Below, one piece after another: positions 17,878-27,615 of a DNA stretch of 64,000 nucleotides; the stretch's first letter is position 1; each line of letters begins with the position of its first letter. Both the position numbers and the translations under genes were made by a program. Source of the stretch: Minisyncoccota bacterium (GTDB taxonomy: Bacteria > Patescibacteriota > Minisyncoccia > Minisyncoccales > Minisyncoccaceae); NCBI GenBank assembly GCA_028704295.1, contig JAQVLF010000001.1, forward strand, positions 2,537 through 66,536, read 5' to 3'. The notes beneath the pieces are model-generated. The model was not told the origin of the DNA. It searched no databases and was given only the letters and a program-made list of their open reading frames with translations.

Positions 17878-18850
17878 AGATAATTCCTCCGCCTATAAGT
17901 TTTTTATTCTTGTAAAATACAATTGATTGCCCTTGAGTTACTGCGCTTTGAAAATCTTTGAATATAGCTTTATTCTTATAAATCATACATGGAGTTTCTT
18001 TTGCCCTGTACCTAATTTTTGCAGAAGCCTCTATTGGAAAATCTTTTTCTACAAAGAAATTTGAACTTTTAAACTTAACTTCTTTTTTAAGAAGCAATTC
18101 TTCGTTTTTGGTAATATACAGTACATTATTTTTCAAATCTTTTTTAAAAACAAAATATGGCCCATTAGGAAGATCTAATCCTTTTCTCTGCCCTATTGTA
18201 TAAAACCAAACACCTTCATGTTCTCCCAAAATATTTTTATTCTCATCTAATATTTTTCCTTTTTTTACCTTGATCTTTTTTTTCAGAAAATCAACTAAAT
18301 CTCCTTCTATAAAACATATCTCCTGAGATTCTTTTAAAGTTTCGATCTTTTCTTTCTTAATTATTTTTTTAACGTCTTCTTTTTTTAAATCGCCTAAGGG
18401 AAATAAGGAACTTTCAATTTGTTTTTTTGATAACTGCCACAAAAAATATGATTGATCTTTTGTTTCGTCTTCTGCTTTATATAAAAACTCTCCTCTTTTT
18501 TTAACATAATGCCCAGTTGCAATATAATCTGCCCCAAGCTTTTTTGCCTCGTTGAAAAACAAACCAAACTTCATTTCTCTATTGCAATAGACGCAAGGAT
18601 TTGGAGTAATTCCTTTTTTAAAATCATCGATAAATGAATCTATAATAACTTTTTTAAATTGAGTTCTAAAATCAAATATGAGGAAAGGTATATTAAAAAA
18701 AGCAGCAATACTTTTTGCTTTTTTTTCTGCTAAGGGATTTTCATGAAGCCTCATAAAAACGCCTGTCACATCAAATCCCTTTTCTTTTAAAATTTTAACT
18801 GCCATAGTTGAATCAACCCCTCCGGATAATCCAACAAAAACTTTTTTCAT
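17870..18850 (-). CDS. mnmA: tRNA 2-thiouridine(34) synthase
   Basis: The PP-loop GLSGGVDS, the catalytic Cys region NPCVYCN, TGHY, and DQSYFL. Confidence 0.9.
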   Translation of the reverse strand: MKKVFVGLSGGVDSTMAVKILKEKGFDVTGVFMRLHENPLAEKKAKSIAAFFNIPFLIFDFRTQFKKVIIDSFIDDFKKGITPNPCVYCNREMKFGLFFNEAKKLGADYIATGHYVKKRGEFLYKAEDETKDQSYFLWQLSKKQIESSLFPLGDLKKEDVKKIIKKEKIETLKESQEICFIEGDLVDFLKKKIKVKKGKILDENKNILGEHEGVWFYTIGQRKGLDLPNGPYFVFKKDLKNNVLYITKNEELLLKKEVKFKSSNFFVEKDFPIEASAKIRYRAKETPCMIYKNKAIFKDFQSAVTQGQSIVFYKNKKLIGGGIIYE

Positions 18851-19677
18851 GAATTTAAAAAGCTTTTAATAATTAATTCCGTAGCCTTTTTTTCTGTTAA
18901 TCCCCTCATTCTTAAATACATTAGCTTCTCCTCTGAAATTCTTCCAATAGATGCCTCATGAGTTAATTCTGCTTTGCTGCTATTGCATATGATTCCAGGA
19001 ATCGATGTTATTGTAGAGCTATTGTCAGCAATTAATCCAGAACACTCTAAGTGCCCTTTTACTTCATCTTCACCGTGCATATAACTTTGAGAAAAGAATG
19101 TTCCTCCATTCTCTCCAATCATCTTAATTCTTACGTCAGCAGAAGACTTTTTCCCTAAAAGATAAACATCTTCCCTTGTAGTAATGCTTGAGCCTTGTCC
19201 TAAATTTGTAATCGTTGTTTTAAGCTTAGCATTTTTATCTAATATAAATTCATAATCTGCTTTAAATTCATCTTTATCTCCCCATGCGTTCCTTTGCACA
19301 AAATCAAGGCTGCTATTATCTTTAATAACAATTTTAGCTTTTGCAAAATGCTTTCCTTTTACTCTTTTTATGGATCTACAAAAAGAAGATAATTTAATAT
19401 TAAGACCTTTCTCAACAACAATTAAATTATTCATTTTCTGAAAAATATTCTTTGAAGCGATTTCGACTAACGTATTTAATCTTTCTTCTTGTGACTTCTT
19501 GATCCATAAGAAAAATCCGTTAGATGGCTTTTTTTCAAAATAATCTTTTGTCCAATCAAATTTTTTCCATGCTAAACTTGCAGGCATTAAAATTACCCCT
19601 TCTGCTTCCCCTATGCTCCTAATCTCATTATCTACCTGGTAAAAATTTGGTGCATTTTCTGCACTTTTCATAATCAT
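18847..19677 (-). CDS. SufB/SufD-family Fe-S cluster assembly protein (short)
   Basis: The C-terminal block AELTHEASIGRISEEKLMYLRMRGL is typical of SufB/D. It lies downstream of sufC. The real start may be internal, because the track ORF overlaps sufC by 50 nt. Confidence 0.7.
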   Translation of the reverse strand: MIMKSAENAPNFYQVDNEIRSIGEAEGVILMPASLAWKKFDWTKDYFEKKPSNGFFLWIKKSQEERLNTLVEIASKNIFQKMNNLIVVEKGLNIKLSSFCRSIKRVKGKHFAKAKIVIKDNSSLDFVQRNAWGDKDEFKADYEFILDKNAKLKTTITNLGQGSSITTREDVYLLGKKSSADVRIKMIGENGGTFFSQSYMHGEDEVKGHLECSGLIADNSSTITSIPGIICNSSKAELTHEASIGRISEEKLMYLRMRGLTEKKATELIIKSFLNS

Positions 19678-20338
19678 ATTTTTTAATTGTTTTCAAAACA
19701 TTTCTATAATCTTCATCTCTTCCCACAATTTTTCCATCAATAATAATGCTCGCTCTATTTGGCTTTAATATATCTAGAATATCCCCATGATGAGTAATAA
19801 TTAAAACTGCAACTCCATTTTCTATAAAATATTTTTTGATGATCTCTCCTACTTCGCCTATTTTCTTAATATCAAGCCCAGAATCAATTTCATCTAGAAT
19901 AACAAGTTTCAAATTAAGCGATGTTAATTGCATTAATTCTCCTAATTTCTTTTCTCCTCCAGAAAATCCTTTATTAACATCTCTATTTAATAACTTTTCT
20001 TCTTTAAAATAGTCTTCTTTCTCTTCTATACTTTTTAAGAAATCTATCATTTTAAGCCCTTCTATTTGAGGAGGATTTTGAAAAGCTAAAGCAATTCCTT
20101 TTTTTACTCTATTTTCAGGAGATATTTTAGATATATTCTCTTTAGCAAATATAATTTCTCCTGATTTTAATTTATACCCCAAATCTCCTGCAATTATTTT
20201 TGCAAGCGTACTTTTACCGCTTCCATTAGGTCCTAAAAGAGCAACCACTTCACCTTTCTCAATATCAAAATCAAGTCCATCCAAGACCTTCTTTCCCTCA
20301 ATTTCTACGGTTAAGTTTTTAATTTGAAGTAAATTCAT
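19628..20338 (-). CDS. sufC: Fe-S cluster assembly ATPase SufC
   Basis: The Walker A GPNGSGKST, the signature FSGGEKK and the Walker B LVILDEIDSGLD. Confidence 0.88.
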   Translation of the reverse strand: MNLLQIKNLTVEIEGKKVLDGLDFDIEKGEVVALLGPNGSGKSTLAKIIAGDLGYKLKSGEIIFAKENISKISPENRVKKGIALAFQNPPQIEGLKMIDFLKSIEEKEDYFKEEKLLNRDVNKGFSGGEKKLGELMQLTSLNLKLVILDEIDSGLDIKKIGEVGEIIKKYFIENGVAVLIITHHGDILDILKPNRASIIIDGKIVGRDEDYRNVLKTIKKYDYEKCRKCTKFLPGR

Positions 20339-20339
20339 T

Positions 20340-20567
20340 TTAATAAGAAAGGTCTTCTTCTCCTTCCTCTTCTCCTAAAATAATATCTTCCTCATCTTCT
20401 TCCATAACTAAAGCTCCATAAGGACAAACTTCTATTCCCCCTGCTTTTTGTAGCTCCTCTTCATCAATAATATTTGCTTTGTTATCCGCCCCAATAGTAA
20501 TTCCATTTGGACAAGTGATGGTGCATCCACCACAGCCCAAGCATTTATCTTTATCTACTTTGTACAT
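20340..20567 (-). CDS. 4Fe-4S ferredoxin with an acidic tail
   Basis: A CLGCGGCTITCP cluster motif with a second Cys-Pro (CPYG). The protein is 75 aa. Confidence 0.75.
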   Translation of the reverse strand: MYKVDKDKCLGCGGCTITCPNGITIGADNKANIIDEEELQKAGGIEVCPYGALVMEEDEEDIILGEEEGEEDLSY

Positions 20568-20572
20568 AATTT

Positions 20573-21058
20573 TTATTTATTAAAATTGCTTATTGTTTTT
20601 TCAACTTCTTTGATAGCTTCTTCAGCTCCAACAAACTCCTTTACCTTTACCCATTTGTTAGGCTCCATTCTTTTATAAATTTCAAAAAACTCTTTAATAC
20701 AATTTCTATCATGTTCAGTCAATTGAAAAATATCGTCAATGTGAGCATAGCAAGGATTAATTTTAGCTGCTGGAACAGCAACAACCTTGTTATCAATTCC
20801 TTTTTCGTCCTCCATAATTAACATTCCAATAATTCTTGACTTGACTATACATCCTGGAAAAGTCGCTTCATTTGTGATAATCAAAGCATCGAGAGGGTCT
20901 CCATCATCAGCCAAAGTATGTTCTATGTGTCCGTATTCAAAAGGAAAAGAAACTGGCCCATAGATAGTTCTGTCTAGTTCTATTCTTCCTGTCTCTTCAT
21001 TTAACTCATACTTTTGACGGCTTCCTTTTGGGATTTCTACAAATATTTTAATTTCCAT
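20573..21058 (-). CDS. ppa: inorganic pyrophosphatase (family I)
   Basis: EIPKGSRQKYE, DGDPLDAL, and the DNKVVAV motifs. Confidence 0.9.
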   Translation of the reverse strand: MEIKIFVEIPKGSRQKYELNEETGRIELDRTIYGPVSFPFEYGHIEHTLADDGDPLDALIITNEATFPGCIVKSRIIGMLIMEDEKGIDNKVVAVPAAKINPCYAHIDDIFQLTEHDRNCIKEFFEIYKRMEPNKWVKVKEFVGAEEAIKEVEKTISNFNK

Positions 21059-21246
21059 ACAAATACAAAATTAACTTTATTATATTTACCTTATACCAAA
21101 ATAAAGACTGACTGTCGAGTTATTTCAAAATATTCTCAATAGTCATTACAATGCCTATTACAAAAAGAATGAAAATAATAACACCTATGAATACATCTCT
21201 TTTAAGCATACTTATATTATACTAGATTTTCAAAAATAATCTATAA

Positions 21247-22233
21247 TTATTCTCCTTTTTTTGTTCTTGTCATGAGGTCTAGTAGTGCCTTCTTCGGATC
21301 TTTATTGTGGTACAAAATCATGTAAACTTGATTTGTGATTGGCATGTCTACATTATATTTCTTGCTTAAATTATAGGCAGCTTCGGTTGTTGTAGCTCCT
21401 TCAATAATACTACTAGTAGAATTAACAATATCTTCAAATTTTTCTCCTTTTCCAATCTTTTCTCCAAATGTTCTATTCCTGCTTTCAGGAGAAATACAAG
21501 TTGTTGCCAAATCTCCTAATCCAGCTATTCCATAAAAAGTCTTTTTCTTAGCTTTCATTGCTTGTCCCAATCTCGCTATTTCAACAATTCCGCGTGAAAG
21601 TATGGCTGCCTTAGCATTCGCTCCAAAACCTAATCCATCAGATATTCCTGCCACAATTGCGATTACGTTTTTAAGCGCTCCGCAAAGTTCAACTCCTAAT
21701 GGATCGCTATTTGTGTATACTCTAAAACTTTCATTGAAAAATGTTTCTTGCACTATTTTTGAAACATTAAAATCATTTGATGCGGAAACGGCTACTGCAG
21801 GCATTTGATTTGCAACTTCCAGTGCAATTGTCGGCCCTGATAAAACACATGTCTTAACTTTTCCCAATTCTTCATGGATAATTTCTGTCATTCTTCTTAA
21901 TGTTTTTTGCTCAATTCCTTTTGAAACATTAACAAATATTTTATGAGAAACATCTGCTTTTATTTCCTTTAAAACACTTCTATAAAACTTAGATGGAATT
22001 GCATCAACAATAATCTCGCTTTTTGAAATAGCTACGTTTATGTCTTTTTCAAATTCAATATCATTTGGTATTCTAAAATCAGGAAGATACTTAGTATTGA
22101 TTCTTTTTATCTTAAGCTCATCTAAATACTCTTTAAAGGCACTCCACATTGTCACTTTGTGCCCATTTTTATTTAATACCAATGCAAGAGTTGTAGCCCA
22201 TGCACCATCTCCTAAAATTGTGATATTTTTCAT
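21247..22233 (-). CDS. gpsA: NAD(P)H-dependent glycerol-3-phosphate dehydrogenase
   Basis: The Rossmann fold ILGDGAWATTLA, SKGIE, GALKNVIAI and NRTFGE. Confidence 0.9.
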   Translation of the reverse strand: MKNITILGDGAWATTLALVLNKNGHKVTMWSAFKEYLDELKIKRINTKYLPDFRIPNDIEFEKDINVAISKSEIIVDAIPSKFYRSVLKEIKADVSHKIFVNVSKGIEQKTLRRMTEIIHEELGKVKTCVLSGPTIALEVANQMPAVAVSASNDFNVSKIVQETFFNESFRVYTNSDPLGVELCGALKNVIAIVAGISDGLGFGANAKAAILSRGIVEIARLGQAMKAKKKTFYGIAGLGDLATTCISPESRNRTFGEKIGKGEKFEDIVNSTSSIIEGATTTEAAYNLSKKYNVDMPITNQVYMILYHNKDPKKALLDLMTRTKKGE

Positions 22234-22237
22234 ATTT

Positions 22238-25200
22238 TTAAAATTTCCTATGAGGACAAATATTTTTATAATCGCAATACTCGCAATGCCAACCAGCTGT
22301 CGGCTTAAATTTGCTCCTCTTAATCTTCTCTATTATATTTAACACCTTTTCTTCTGTTTTTTCAATGTCTTTTTCCTTTGGTTCAAATGAAGAATAAATT
22401 CCTTCTTCCATGTAATAATAGGTCATTTTCTTAGGTTTCAAATTAAATACTTTGTTTGCTGCCAAGTTATAAATTTGAAGCTGAAATTTATCATCAGTTG
22501 ATAGGGTCTTTTTAGACGTTCCAGTCTTGTAATCTATTAATTCTATCCCATCTTCATTCTTATCGATTCTATCAATCGCTCCTACAAATTTGTATCCATT
22601 TAATTTAAGGCCGAATGTCTTTTCAAGCGCAGGCTCATTTTCTAAAAACAAAACATTGAAGTCTTTGCTCAAAAAATCTTTGTAAAAATTATTCAATATT
22701 TCTTTTCCCTTTTTCCTGTATTCTTCTTTATGATTTTCAGTATCAAACCAAGCATCTATCCATTCTTCAGTGTATATCTTCATTAGATCTTCTAATCCTA
22801 AATTAATTTTTTTCCTTTCCACTTCAATTTCTTGAAATAGATCGATCTGCAGAGACTGCATCATTCTCGCATTTAAGTTAACAAATCTGTGAAGCGTATT
22901 ATGGATCGTTTTTCCAAATGAGAAACTAGGCTTCCCTTTTGTAGGGATTTTTAAAATATGCCCGTATTTATACTGCAAAGGGCATTTTTCAAATGCAGCT
23001 AACTGAGAAAAAGAAAAATGAGACGGCAATAAATTATCATGACTTAAATTCAATGTCTCAATTGATTCTTTTTTGAATCCATTGAATGCTTTTGAAAAAT
23101 TAAAAGATTTCTTTAATGTTTTTTGTTTTTTTGCCTCTTCCTCATTTATTAATCCGCTTTCAATTAAAAATCTTGAAGGTTTTTTTAATTGCTTTCCACC
23201 ATAATCATTTGCCCATGTTAGAAACAAACCTTTTTTTGCTCTTGTCAAAGCTACGTAAAACAATCTTCTTTCTTCTTCAATATGAAAGTCTCCTTCAGGC
23301 AATACTTCTTTAATCAAATCTTTAGGAAGTTCGATTTGAGCTTTTCTTTTGTCTGTTGGAAATTTTCTATGAACTAAATTAACAACAAATACATATTTAA
23401 ATTCAAGTCCTTTGGCAGAGTGAATTGTCATTATCTTAACTGAATCACTATCATCAATTTGATTATTTAAATCTCCTTCTTCGCCTGAATCTAATTCCAT
23501 TTGAATTTGATCCATAAAAGCAATTAATTTTGCGTCGCAAGAAGTGCTTTCAAAGCTTTTTGTTTTTTGAAAAAATTGATATATTATTTCCCAATTTTTT
23601 AAATTTTCCTCAGTATGATCTTTTAAAAATTTAGCATAATGCAGGTCATTTATCATTCTAATGAAGATTTCGCTTGTATTTTTCTCTTTAGATAGATTGA
23701 AATGCTCTTTTAAGGAATGGATCAAATTCTCTATCTTTAATCTTGCTTCTTCGTCAAATTGATTTAAAAGGTCTGGCCTTTTCAAAGCATCAAACAATGG
23801 TATGCTCTTCTCTTCAGAAAACCATCCAATTTTAGCTACTTCCTCAGGAGTAAAATCAAAAGGCAAAGACCTCAAAACTCTATATAGGCTAGGAGAATCA
23901 TAAAAATCTAAAACTACTTTGAAATATGCAATTATGTCTATTATAACAGGATGGGAATAAAGTCCTTTTGAAGATATGAAAAAGCATGGAATAGACGCTC
24001 TTTCAAATCCTCTTAAAAAATAGTTAGCTGAATCATTTGTTCTAACTAAAATACAAAAGTCTGAAAATTTTACATCTTTATCTATTTCTTTTATCTCCCA
24101 TATTTTATCAATAATTCCCAAAACTTCGTCTTCAACTGTTTCAAAAGATAAAAGCTCTAAATGCCCTTCTTTGCCCGAGTTGCTTTTCAACTTTTTGCTA
24201 AATTTTTTAAAATTGGAAATATCAACTCCTTTTTCTTCCGCATCTTTACTAATTTCTTTTTCTTTATTTAATTCATACTCAAGCCTATTAGGATTATTTA
24301 ATTGTATAAAATTATATGCTAAATCAAGCACATCTTGAGGAGACCTATAATTCTCTGTTAGTACAATATCTTTTGATTCTGGATAGTCATTTTTAAACCT
24401 TAAGACATTGTTAAACGAAGCGCCACAAAAAGAAAACACATTTTGATCATCGTCTCCTACGACAGTTAAATTATTTTTTGGATGAGCTATTTTTTTAATA
24501 AGTTCATATTCTACAAAATTTGTATCCTGAAATTCGTCGATCATTACATACTTAAACTGCTCTCTAAATTTATTTAACACCTTGGGTCTTTTTTGAAAAA
24601 GTTTTATAGTATAGTTTATTAAATCTCCAAAATCCAAATAATTATTATCTAATAATAATTTTTGGTAAGTATGATATGCTTCAGCAACTTCATTTACTTG
24701 CAGATATTCCAAATCATCATTAATAATCAAATCCTTCTTTAAAGAATCAGCGTACTCTAAATAATCTTCTGGATAAATTCCTTCGTTCTTACAAACATGA
24801 AAATGATCAATTAAAGCATGAATAAACTTAGTAGGATTTCCAAGCGGCCTATACTCTTTTAAAAAAGAAAACTTGTCAAAATTTCTTTTAATCAAAATCC
24901 AAGCTGCTGTATTATCAACTAGCTTATAATTTGTAGGAAGACCTATTTCAAGCCCATAACTTTTCAAAACTCTATCGCAAAAAGAATGAAAGGTAGAAAT
25001 CCAAAAATCATAGTATCCATAATCTAAAAGCTTTTCTACTCTTTCTTCCATTTCAGCGGCTGCTTTTTCAGTAAAAGTCAGAGCCAATATTTCATTTGGC
25101 TTTATTCCTTTAGATATTAGATAAGCAATTCTTTTTGTTAAAACAGTTGTTTTGCCAGTTCCTGCTCCCGCAACAATTAAAAGAGGACCTTCTCCATGCT

Positions 25201-25246
25201 CAACTGCCTCCTTCTGCTCCTTATTTAACCCATCTAGTAAATTCAT
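22238..25246 (-). CDS. UvrD/PcrA-type helicase fused to a C-terminal PD-(D/E)xK, Cas4/AddB-like nuclease with a Cys cluster
   Basis: The Walker A AGAGTGKTT, DEFQDT, TIHSAKGLEF and VALTRAK define the helicase core. The C-terminus has FSFSQLAAFEKCP ... DRID ... LIDYKTG ... GWHCEYCDYKNIC, which is a nuclease motif plus a C...CxxC...C arrangement. Confidence 0.8.
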   Translation of the reverse strand: MNLLDGLNKEQKEAVEHGEGPLLIVAGAGTGKTTVLTKRIAYLISKGIKPNEILALTFTEKAAAEMEERVEKLLDYGYYDFWISTFHSFCDRVLKSYGLEIGLPTNYKLVDNTAAWILIKRNFDKFSFLKEYRPLGNPTKFIHALIDHFHVCKNEGIYPEDYLEYADSLKKDLIINDDLEYLQVNEVAEAYHTYQKLLLDNNYLDFGDLINYTIKLFQKRPKVLNKFREQFKYVMIDEFQDTNFVEYELIKKIAHPKNNLTVVGDDDQNVFSFCGASFNNVLRFKNDYPESKDIVLTENYRSPQDVLDLAYNFIQLNNPNRLEYELNKEKEISKDAEEKGVDISNFKKFSKKLKSNSGKEGHLELLSFETVEDEVLGIIDKIWEIKEIDKDVKFSDFCILVRTNDSANYFLRGFERASIPCFFISSKGLYSHPVIIDIIAYFKVVLDFYDSPSLYRVLRSLPFDFTPEEVAKIGWFSEEKSIPLFDALKRPDLLNQFDEEARLKIENLIHSLKEHFNLSKEKNTSEIFIRMINDLHYAKFLKDHTEENLKNWEIIYQFFQKTKSFESTSCDAKLIAFMDQIQMELDSGEEGDLNNQIDDSDSVKIMTIHSAKGLEFKYVFVVNLVHRKFPTDKRKAQIELPKDLIKEVLPEGDFHIEEERRLFYVALTRAKKGLFLTWANDYGGKQLKKPSRFLIESGLINEEEAKKQKTLKKSFNFSKAFNGFKKESIETLNLSHDNLLPSHFSFSQLAAFEKCPLQYKYGHILKIPTKGKPSFSFGKTIHNTLHRFVNLNARMMQSLQIDLFQEIEVERKKINLGLEDLMKIYTEEWIDAWFDTENHKEEYRKKGKEILNNFYKDFLSKDFNVLFLENEPALEKTFGLKLNGYKFVGAIDRIDKNEDGIELIDYKTGTSKKTLSTDDKFQLQIYNLAANKVFNLKPKKMTYYYMEEGIYSSFEPKEKDIEKTEEKVLNIIEKIKRSKFKPTAGWHCEYCDYKNICPHRKF

Positions 25247-25317
25247 ATGTGTATTATATATAAAAAAAGAGCTTTTAAAAAGTCTTTTTTATTTTAGAAA
25301 ATATGTTTTAACTTTGA

Positions 25318-26203
25318 TTAATTTTGACTTAAAGATTCTATTCTCTGATTATATTCTTCTTTAGAAATTCCTCCTTTAGCTAAAAGAGAATTTAATCCTG
25401 CGATATAATTTTGTTTTATTTGAGCATCTGACAATGCTTTCTTGTACAATCTAATCTCGTCTAAAAATCCATTCAAATTTTCCCCAGATGTTCCATTTCT
25501 TCCTAACGTCAAAGCGTAATCATTACTTGTATTAGAAGGAGCATTTGTTACGTTTTTAACTAAGGCGCCATTTCTATAAATACTTAAAATGCTATTTTTT
25601 TGCATATAGACAATATGCACCCATTCATTTATCTTTGGTACGCCGTAACAATCTTCTACTTGACTTTTACCAAATTGAAATCCTCCACCCGAGCAAGTCT
25701 CGAAACTAGCATCAAAATGAATACCTAAAGTTGAACTGGAACTTGCTAAACCTTTTACAAAGACCCCCCTATTACTAGAGATATCTTTTAATTTCACCCA
25801 TAATTCGACTGTATAATTATCCAAAATATTATCTAAAGAACTTGAATCCGAAACTTGAACATAAGAATCATTATCATTTTCTATACATTTTCCTTTTACG
25901 CAATCATTCCCTCCTCTTACGTAAACATTCCCTGAGCGAGAACCATTATTTAGACCATAATTATCTTCAAGATCTGTAGATGACGCTAAACTTCCAGTAG
26001 CGCCCCCCCCCTTCGTCAAACGTCCACTCAGAAACTGAATTCAAAAGCATTGAGTTTTGCACGTTTGAAGAAAAAGCTTTAGCGCGAGCAAATGTTGCAT
26101 TAGAAACAGAAGAAGAAACGGTTACCATGATGACTCCTGCTATAACTCCAATGATAACAATAACTACAAGTAATTCAATTAATGTAAAAGATTTGTTTTT
26201 CAT
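25318..26203 (-). pseudogene. type IV pilin-like protein with a LamG/concanavalin-like lectin domain, split by a frameshift at a G9 tract
   Basis: The N-terminal ORF (25967..26203) has the prepilin motif KSFTLIELLVVIVIIGVIAG. The second ORF (25318..26019) carries LamG-like blocks (YTVELWVKL, LNGFLDEIRLY). The two frames meet at C9 on the plus strand (26003..26011). Removing one G joins ...WTFDEGGG to ATGSLASS.... Confidence 0.7.
26003..26011 (-). repeat. homopolymeric G9 tract (C9 on the plus strand) inside the pilin-LamG coding sequence
   Basis: Read directly: cg-ccccccccc-ttcg. This is striking in such an AT-rich genome. Confidence 0.9.
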
Positions 26204-26878
26204 TTTTCTTATTTAAGAAATATTTTCTTTTATCTTCTTCTAACCTTTCTATGGCATATCTTAATGCCGTTCTATGGATATTATAATACTCTTTTTCTAA
26301 AAATGCAATTAAAACTTTTTCATCCTTTTTCCCAACCTCCCTTAGCATCCACCCAACTGCTTTATGAATTAAATCATGCTTGTCATTTAAAAGTATTTTT
26401 GAAATTTTAAAGTATTTTTGAAATCATTTTCTTTAATAAAATACATTGTTGAAACAATGGCAATTCTTTTCTCGAAAAGATTGTCTGACCTAGCTAATTT
26501 GTAAAGCAAACTTCTATCTTTATCAAATAAATACTTCCCTACAATTCTAGGACAAGATAAATCTACTAAATCCCAGTTATTAATATTCTTTAAATTCTTT
26601 AAATAAAAATTAAAAACTTTCTCCTCTTCTTTTTTAAACTTCTCTACTAAAATTAAAAGTGCTGTTAATCGATACTCATGAATTTGACTATTTAATAATT
26701 TTTGAAGTTCATGAAAAGAAGCATTTAAATTCTTTTTAGCAACAATTCTTTGATCAGGAACTTTAATTCCCAAGAACATATCTCCCTCTCCATATTCTCC
26801 TTTTCCTGTTTTAAAAAACCTGCAAAGTATTTTTGCTTTTCCCTTATCTTCTAATTTTTTTAAATCAGCTTCTATCAT
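26175..26878 (-). pseudogene. AlkD-like DNA alkylation repair (HEAT-repeat glycosylase) gene with a 1-nt frameshift
   Basis: The track ORF 26387..26911 ends ...ENDFKNTLKFQKYF*. A second frame continues (K)ISKILLNDKHDLIHKAVGWMLREVGKKDE...YAIERL, ending at the stop at 26177..26175. Adding one A/T to the T4 run at 26405..26408 restores DFKNTLKISKILLNDKHD. The combined length is about 235 aa. Confidence 0.6.
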
Positions 26879-27615
26879 ATTAAATATTCGATAATTGCAC
26901 TTAAAATGCACAAAATTCCAAACGCAAAAGTAAATGACGAAAAATTAATTTTCTTTACTAAATTAAGTAATAATTTCAAGGTTAAAATTCCAAAAATAAA
27001 TGCAAAGACCAAGGCTATAATTCCATTTTGAGAAACAATATCAGGGTTTTTTAAATAAAGATATAGATTTGATCCAAAAACAACTGGAGCCGACAATAAA
27101 TACGAAGTCTTTAAAACTTTCAAAGGATCATTTTCAAATAATGACAATCCAAATATGGTAGATCCTGATCTTGATACTCCGGGAATAACAGAAAACCCTT
27201 GCAGAATTCCCACTATATATGGAGAATAATTTTCATTTAATTTAAAGTCAATTTTCTTTTTCTGAAAGTATGATGTTAATAAAAGTCCAGCTCCCATCAA
27301 GGCTAAAAGCCCTCCACCCATCACAATTTCTTTAGAGAAATCGTAGAGGAAAAATCCAATAGCGCCTGAAATGATCGTAGTGATAATAAAAAATTTAAAA
27401 AATTGAAGATCCTTAAATTTTAATAAATCCAACCAATCTTTCCAAAAATAGATTAAGACTGCTAAAAGTGTTCCTAAATGAAGGAAAATAGCAACATCAA
27501 TTGCATTTAAATCCTTGATAAAATAATTTGAAAAAAGAGCCACAATCCCTTCTGAAGAAACTGGGATCCACTCAAATATTCCCTGTAAGATTCCCAATAT
27601 GATATATTCAAACAT
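26875..27615 (-). CDS. uppP: undecaprenyl-diphosphate phosphatase
   Basis: GILQGIFEWIPVSSEG at the N-terminus and PGVSRSGSTI; the protein is polytopic. Confidence 0.88.
   Translation of the reverse strand: MFEYIILGILQGIFEWIPVSSEGIVALFSNYFIKDLNAIDVAIFLHLGTLLAVLIYFWKDWLDLLKFKDLQFFKFFIITTIISGAIGFFLYDFSKEIVMGGGLLALMGAGLLLTSYFQKKKIDFKLNENYSPYIVGILQGFSVIPGVSRSGSTIFGLSLFENDPLKVLKTSYLLSAPVVFGSNLYLYLKNPDIVSQNGIIALVFAFIFGILTLKLLLNLVKKINFSSFTFAFGILCILSAIIEYLI

Noticed and set aside
26387-26424. An apparent 19-nt tandem duplication (aaagtatttttgaaat occurs twice) as the cause of the AlkD-like frameshift
   Set aside because: Deleting one copy creates an immediate stop and does not restore the frame. The repeat reflects the similar peptide segments FKNTL and SKILL, and a single missing base in the T-run explains the break.
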